A DNA stretch of 27,230 nt from a virus. Lineage: Duplodnaviria > Caudoviricetes. Below the pieces are notes generated by a model. That model worked only from the letters and a program-made list of their open reading frames with translations, did no database searches and was not told the DNA's origin. Made by a program: the position numbers and the translations under genes. The stretch covers positions 1-27,230 of IMG/VR virus record IMGVR_UViG_3300032253_000031. One strand, 5' to 3'. The stretch's first letter is position 1. The number at the start of each line of letters is the position of its first letter. This document shows positions 24,507 through 27,230 of the stretch, in pieces.

Positions 24507-24918
24507 TCGTGATGCTGATTTCCTGCACAGGATCTTTTACTTCAAAAGTTATGCTTAATGGAGGGGCTGGTTCGTCGTCTTGAGCTTCATTCTTTTCTGA
24601 ATAGCCGTGATTAGTTAGTATAAGCTTTGTAATTGTTGAATTGAATGTGCCATTTAATCCATTATTAAGTAAGTGCATTTCTTGAAAATCAGAAAGGGCG
24701 CTTAAAGTGTTGGAAAATTCTGGATGCTTATCACCGTCCGCCCATTCATAAATAGTTGATCTATTTACATTTAAGCATATTGCTAAACCAGCAACAGACG
24801 GAATAACCTGATTATAGTCTTCTATGTTTTCCACATAGTGATTAGCCTTATTAAGCATTGTTTTAGAATACTTTGTCGGCCTCCCGACTGGATTAGCCTT
24901 TTTCTTCTTAGCTGCCAT
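24493..24918 (-). CDS. terS: Terminase small subunit
   Basis: GRPTKY, HTH (SVAGLAICLNVNRSTIYEWA), GLNGTFNSTITKLILTNHGYSEK; overlaps the terL start. Confidence 0.9.
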   Translation of the reverse strand: MAAKKKKANPVGRPTKYSKTMLNKANHYVENIEDYNQVIPSVAGLAICLNVNRSTIYEWADGDKHPEFSNTLSALSDFQEMHLLNNGLNGTFNSTITKLILTNHGYSEKNEAQDDEPAPPLSITFEVKDPVQEISITNAKT

Positions 24919-24952
24919 ATCTACCCACTAGGTAATTTCGAGGCACTACCTC

Positions 24953-24981
24953 AGTATATTAAAATGGAGAACATTTATCAA
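24953..24981 (-). promoter_or_regulatory. Sigma70-type promoter upstream of terS
   Basis: TTGATA (24981-24976), 17 bp spacer, TATACT (24958-24953). Confidence 0.65.
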
Positions 24982-25390
24982 ATAAACTACTTTCATGATT
25001 GTTGACCACATAACCATTAACATCAAGCAAGTAATGGATCATTTCATGCCTAATTGTTCTGCTATAAACAAGCATATACTCAACTTCAATAACGTTATCA
25101 TGCCTATAATATAGCCCATTATAATCTTGTATTTCATTCACAACAGCAATGTATGGCGCTGTATTTGATGTTAATCTAGTACAATCTTGAACAGCAAACC
25201 AAATACTTTTTATTGTTTGCAGGTTAATGTCACCATGCAGCAAAATAACATCATTATCAATACTGATCTTTAGCTCTGTTTCATAATCAATTAAATTATA
25301 TTGATCTTTGTCCCTACCTGATACTATGTCAACCTCATGGTTACATCCTAAAATAAAGATTGATATAGCTAATAATATTAATAATCTCAT
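24959..25390 (-). CDS. Lipoprotein with an HExxH zinc-metallopeptidase motif
   Basis: Lipobox MRLLILLAISIFILG-C; YNGLYY strand followed by TIRHEMIHYLL and a downstream His; AAGGGG SD. Confidence 0.75.
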   Translation of the reverse strand: MRLLILLAISIFILGCNHEVDIVSGRDKDQYNLIDYETELKISIDNDVILLHGDINLQTIKSIWFAVQDCTRLTSNTAPYIAVVNEIQDYNGLYYRHDNVIEVEYMLVYSRTIRHEMIHYLLDVNGYVVNNHESSLFDKCSPF

Positions 25391-25407
25391 TGTAATCCCC
25401 TTATATT

Positions 25408-25437
25408 AAAAAAATGACTTTTTGCCTTTGGAAGCCA
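25408..25437 (-). terminator. Possible intrinsic terminator/attenuator
   Basis: TGGCTT-11 nt-AAGTCA followed by T7. Confidence 0.45.
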
Positions 25438-25469
25438 GAAACCAGCGGGAATCACGATAGTGATAACTT

Positions 25470-25478
25470 ATTATAGCA
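25470..25478 (-). promoter_or_regulatory. Perfect extended -10 promoter element
   Basis: TG-C-TATAAT in intergenic DNA about 80 bp upstream of the lipoprotein start. Confidence 0.6.
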
Positions 25479-25483
25479 CGATA

Positions 25484-25567
25484 TTATGTCATTGCTATAA
25501 CGATTAGGGCGATTATCATAACCCCGGCCACCATAAACAATACAATCCCAATCTGTCTTTGCTTCAT
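25484..25567 (-). CDS. Small membrane peptide (27 aa)
   Basis: MKQRQIGIVLFMVAGVMIIALIVIAMT; GAGG SD; ATGA-coupled. Confidence 0.55.
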   Translation of the reverse strand: MKQRQIGIVLFMVAGVMIIALIVIAMT

Positions 25568-25881
25568 TTCTTCGCCTCATGACCAAACAATTTATCTATT
25601 TCTTTTCCTTCATCAAAATCATATTTTGTCTGCAACTTTAAAACTTCATATCGTAGCTTTCCAATTACTTCCGCTATATTTGATACTAGATAATCTTTAA
25701 AACCGAAATCGTACATTTCTTGATAACTAAAATCATATTCTTCCAGATCTTCCGGTTTACATGATTCAACTATTTCTGCGGTGCATTCGCAATCAGATGT
25801 ATTAAATGCCTCACAATCTAGCCCACAATTGCCGCTCATTCCATTTGAGTGACATATACCATGCCAATCTTCCGCGCTCAT
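25564..25881 (-). CDS. Cys-rich hypothetical protein
   Basis: Likely start is the ATG at 25881 (ATGA coupling); CH...CGLDC...CEC cluster. Confidence 0.65.
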   Translation of the reverse strand: MSAEDWHGICHSNGMSGNCGLDCEAFNTSDCECTAEIVESCKPEDLEEYDFSYQEMYDFGFKDYLVSNIAEVIGKLRYEVLKLQTKYDFDEGKEIDKLFGHEAKK

Positions 25882-26078
25882 TTTTCTAAACTCCTTTGAA
25901 CTTGCTGCATAGCCCAATCAAGACTTTCATCTGGCATATCATCGACAACATCACTAATATTCTTTAATAGGTCATTGTGCGAATACATGCGTTTAAATAG
26001 CATGACTTGTTTAGCGTCTAATTTTGCTAAGCCCAACTTTAACGTCGATCTTGCAAATTCCTGTAATTGCTTATTCAT
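25878..26078 (-). CDS. Phage hypothetical protein
   Basis: 66 aa, AGGTG SD, coupled to both neighbours. Confidence 0.7.
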   Translation of the reverse strand: MNKQLQEFARSTLKLGLAKLDAKQVMLFKRMYSHNDLLKNISDVVDDMPDESLDWAMQQVQRSLEK

Positions 26079-26332
26079 TTCTTCACCTTCCCGTACTTCT
26101 TAACCACCCATGAACACTTGATATGCTTATAGTAATATTTTTTGTTTTCTTTGCAATAGTTATACTTTTTCTGGGCTGCTGCTTTCGTTAGCCAGCTTTC
26201 AGGGGTAATTGGCTTAATCTCAAATACCTTAGCATCGACAAGCTTAGAATATGAACATACTGTTAATATTATGAACGCTATTAACCAGGGCAGAGCCAGT
26301 ATTAGCCATGATATTGGGTTGTGCTTGTTCAT
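26075..26332 (-). CDS. Membrane-anchored hypothetical protein
   Basis: N-terminal TM helix, basic C-terminus with two Cys. Confidence 0.65.
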   Translation of the reverse strand: MNKHNPISWLILALPWLIAFIILTVCSYSKLVDAKVFEIKPITPESWLTKAAAQKKYNYCKENKKYYYKHIKCSWVVKKYGKVKK

Positions 26333-26655
26333 GTATTTGTTTCCTCGTAGATTTTAATTAAGCACTGGCGAATAGCTTCTTTAGGGTCTTTGTTTTGTGA
26401 AAAACCTAAAATATATGGCCCATAACTATCCCTGGATTTTGTTTTATACGCGCTCCATTCTGGGTCATCTTCAGGATCACTCTCACTTGTTACGGAAAAC
26501 TTCCATGCCAGCGGCATCAGCAGATTTAAGTCGTTGTAATAGTCCGGTGTTGGCATGACATCTTCATTTTCGTCATAGCACATTATTCCATGAGTTCCGA
26601 ATGGTCTAAAACCTTTTAGCTCAGCCATCTTGCGGTTAAAGTCTATTGGGTTCAT
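26329..26655 (-). CDS. NinX/phage ABA-sandwich-like protein
   Basis: NRKMAELKG...PDYYNDLNLLMPLAWK...PKEAIRQCLIK pattern. Confidence 0.65.
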   Translation of the reverse strand: MNPIDFNRKMAELKGFRPFGTHGIMCYDENEDVMPTPDYYNDLNLLMPLAWKFSVTSESDPEDDPEWSAYKTKSRDSYGPYILGFSQNKDPKEAIRQCLIKIYEETNT

Positions 26656-26957
26656 TTGCTTAGTACCTCAATAGCTTTATTGATTCCTACAGCATAACCA
26701 AAATCTTTTTCATTTTTTATAGATACTATTTTTAACAATCTAACCTTCTCAATAAGCTCAGCCTTTATGGTGGCTATTGATTGAGTTTGTTCGGCTTCTG
26801 AATATTCAGGCTTTGGAAGGCTTTTTAAATATTCAACAAGATCATAGGCAAAGTCGCCAGCAAGTCCGTTTGAATTTCTTTCTATATAATGCGTATAAAA
26901 TCTAAATTCTGGAATTTCCATTAAGTACTTACGCGCTTCTTGTGTCTTATCACTCAT
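26652..26957 (-). CDS. Hypothetical protein
   Basis: Likely start is the ATG at 26957 (GGAG SD); C-terminal GYAVGINKAIEVL motif. Confidence 0.65.
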   Translation of the reverse strand: MSDKTQEARKYLMEIPEFRFYTHYIERNSNGLAGDFAYDLVEYLKSLPKPEYSEAEQTQSIATIKAELIEKVRLLKIVSIKNEKDFGYAVGINKAIEVLSK

Positions 26958-27039
26958 TTTTGCTTGCTCCACTCAATTAAATACGATTCACTCATGTTAT
27001 TACCTTATAGGGTGCGCTTATTAGTTGCCTAGCCTTGTG

Positions 27040-27228
27040 TTATTTGTTTAAGGCTTTCTTTCCATCGCTTGTCACTCGGTAGTATTCATCTGGCACAAAT
27101 GACTTCTTACCAGCGGATTCCATTAATCCGCCTTCGCACAGTTTGTCCATATCTTTGCTTCCGCCGCAGAATATTCCATTTTTAATGGTGTGCTCAATTA
27201 TTGCTTTTTGCTCATTATTTAATTCCAT
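27040..27228 (-). CDS. Small winged-helix-like protein (start may lie outside the window)
   Basis: LNNEQKAII...MDKLCEGGLME...YYRVTSDGKKAL. Confidence 0.6.
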   Translation of the reverse strand: MELNNEQKAIIEHTIKNGIFCGGSKDMDKLCEGGLMESAGKKSFVPDEYYRVTSDGKKALNK

Positions 27229-27230
27229 CA

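Noticed and set aside
1-27230. Stop-codon reassignment, tRNA genes, integrase or att sites
   Set aside because: Long genes are intact under the standard code and use TAA, TGA and TAG as stops; no cloverleaf or recombinase motifs were recognised.

Overview
A 27.2-kb segment of a tailed dsDNA phage or prophage (siphovirus-type, roughly 40% GC by eye, standard genetic code, probably from a Gram-negative host). Positions 1-4186 (+) hold small early/DNA-metabolism genes: a partial HNH endonuclease, an SSB-like protein, a Ref/DUF968-like nuclease, a VRR-NUC protein and many short ORFs. They converge at 4183-4186 with a near-complete minus-strand morphogenesis operon: terS, terL, portal, SPP1-gp7-like minor head, scaffold, P22-like coat, head-tail joining proteins, tail tube, tail assembly chaperones with a -1 frameshift, a short tape measure, a Dit and hub with inserted carbohydrate-binding modules, an SGNH esterase and holin-like genes. 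No endolysin, integrase, tRNA or CRISPR was recognised. The most unusual part is 19290-20800, between the minor head and scaffold genes. It holds six co-oriented DnaA boxes in 11-bp phase overlapping two predicted divergent promoters, followed by a four-gene cassette on the opposite strand. The last gene of that cassette is a twin-arginine (Tat) signal peptide fused to what looks like a divergent copy of the phage's own tail tube protein. All family assignments come from motif recognition and synteny by eye, not from database searches.
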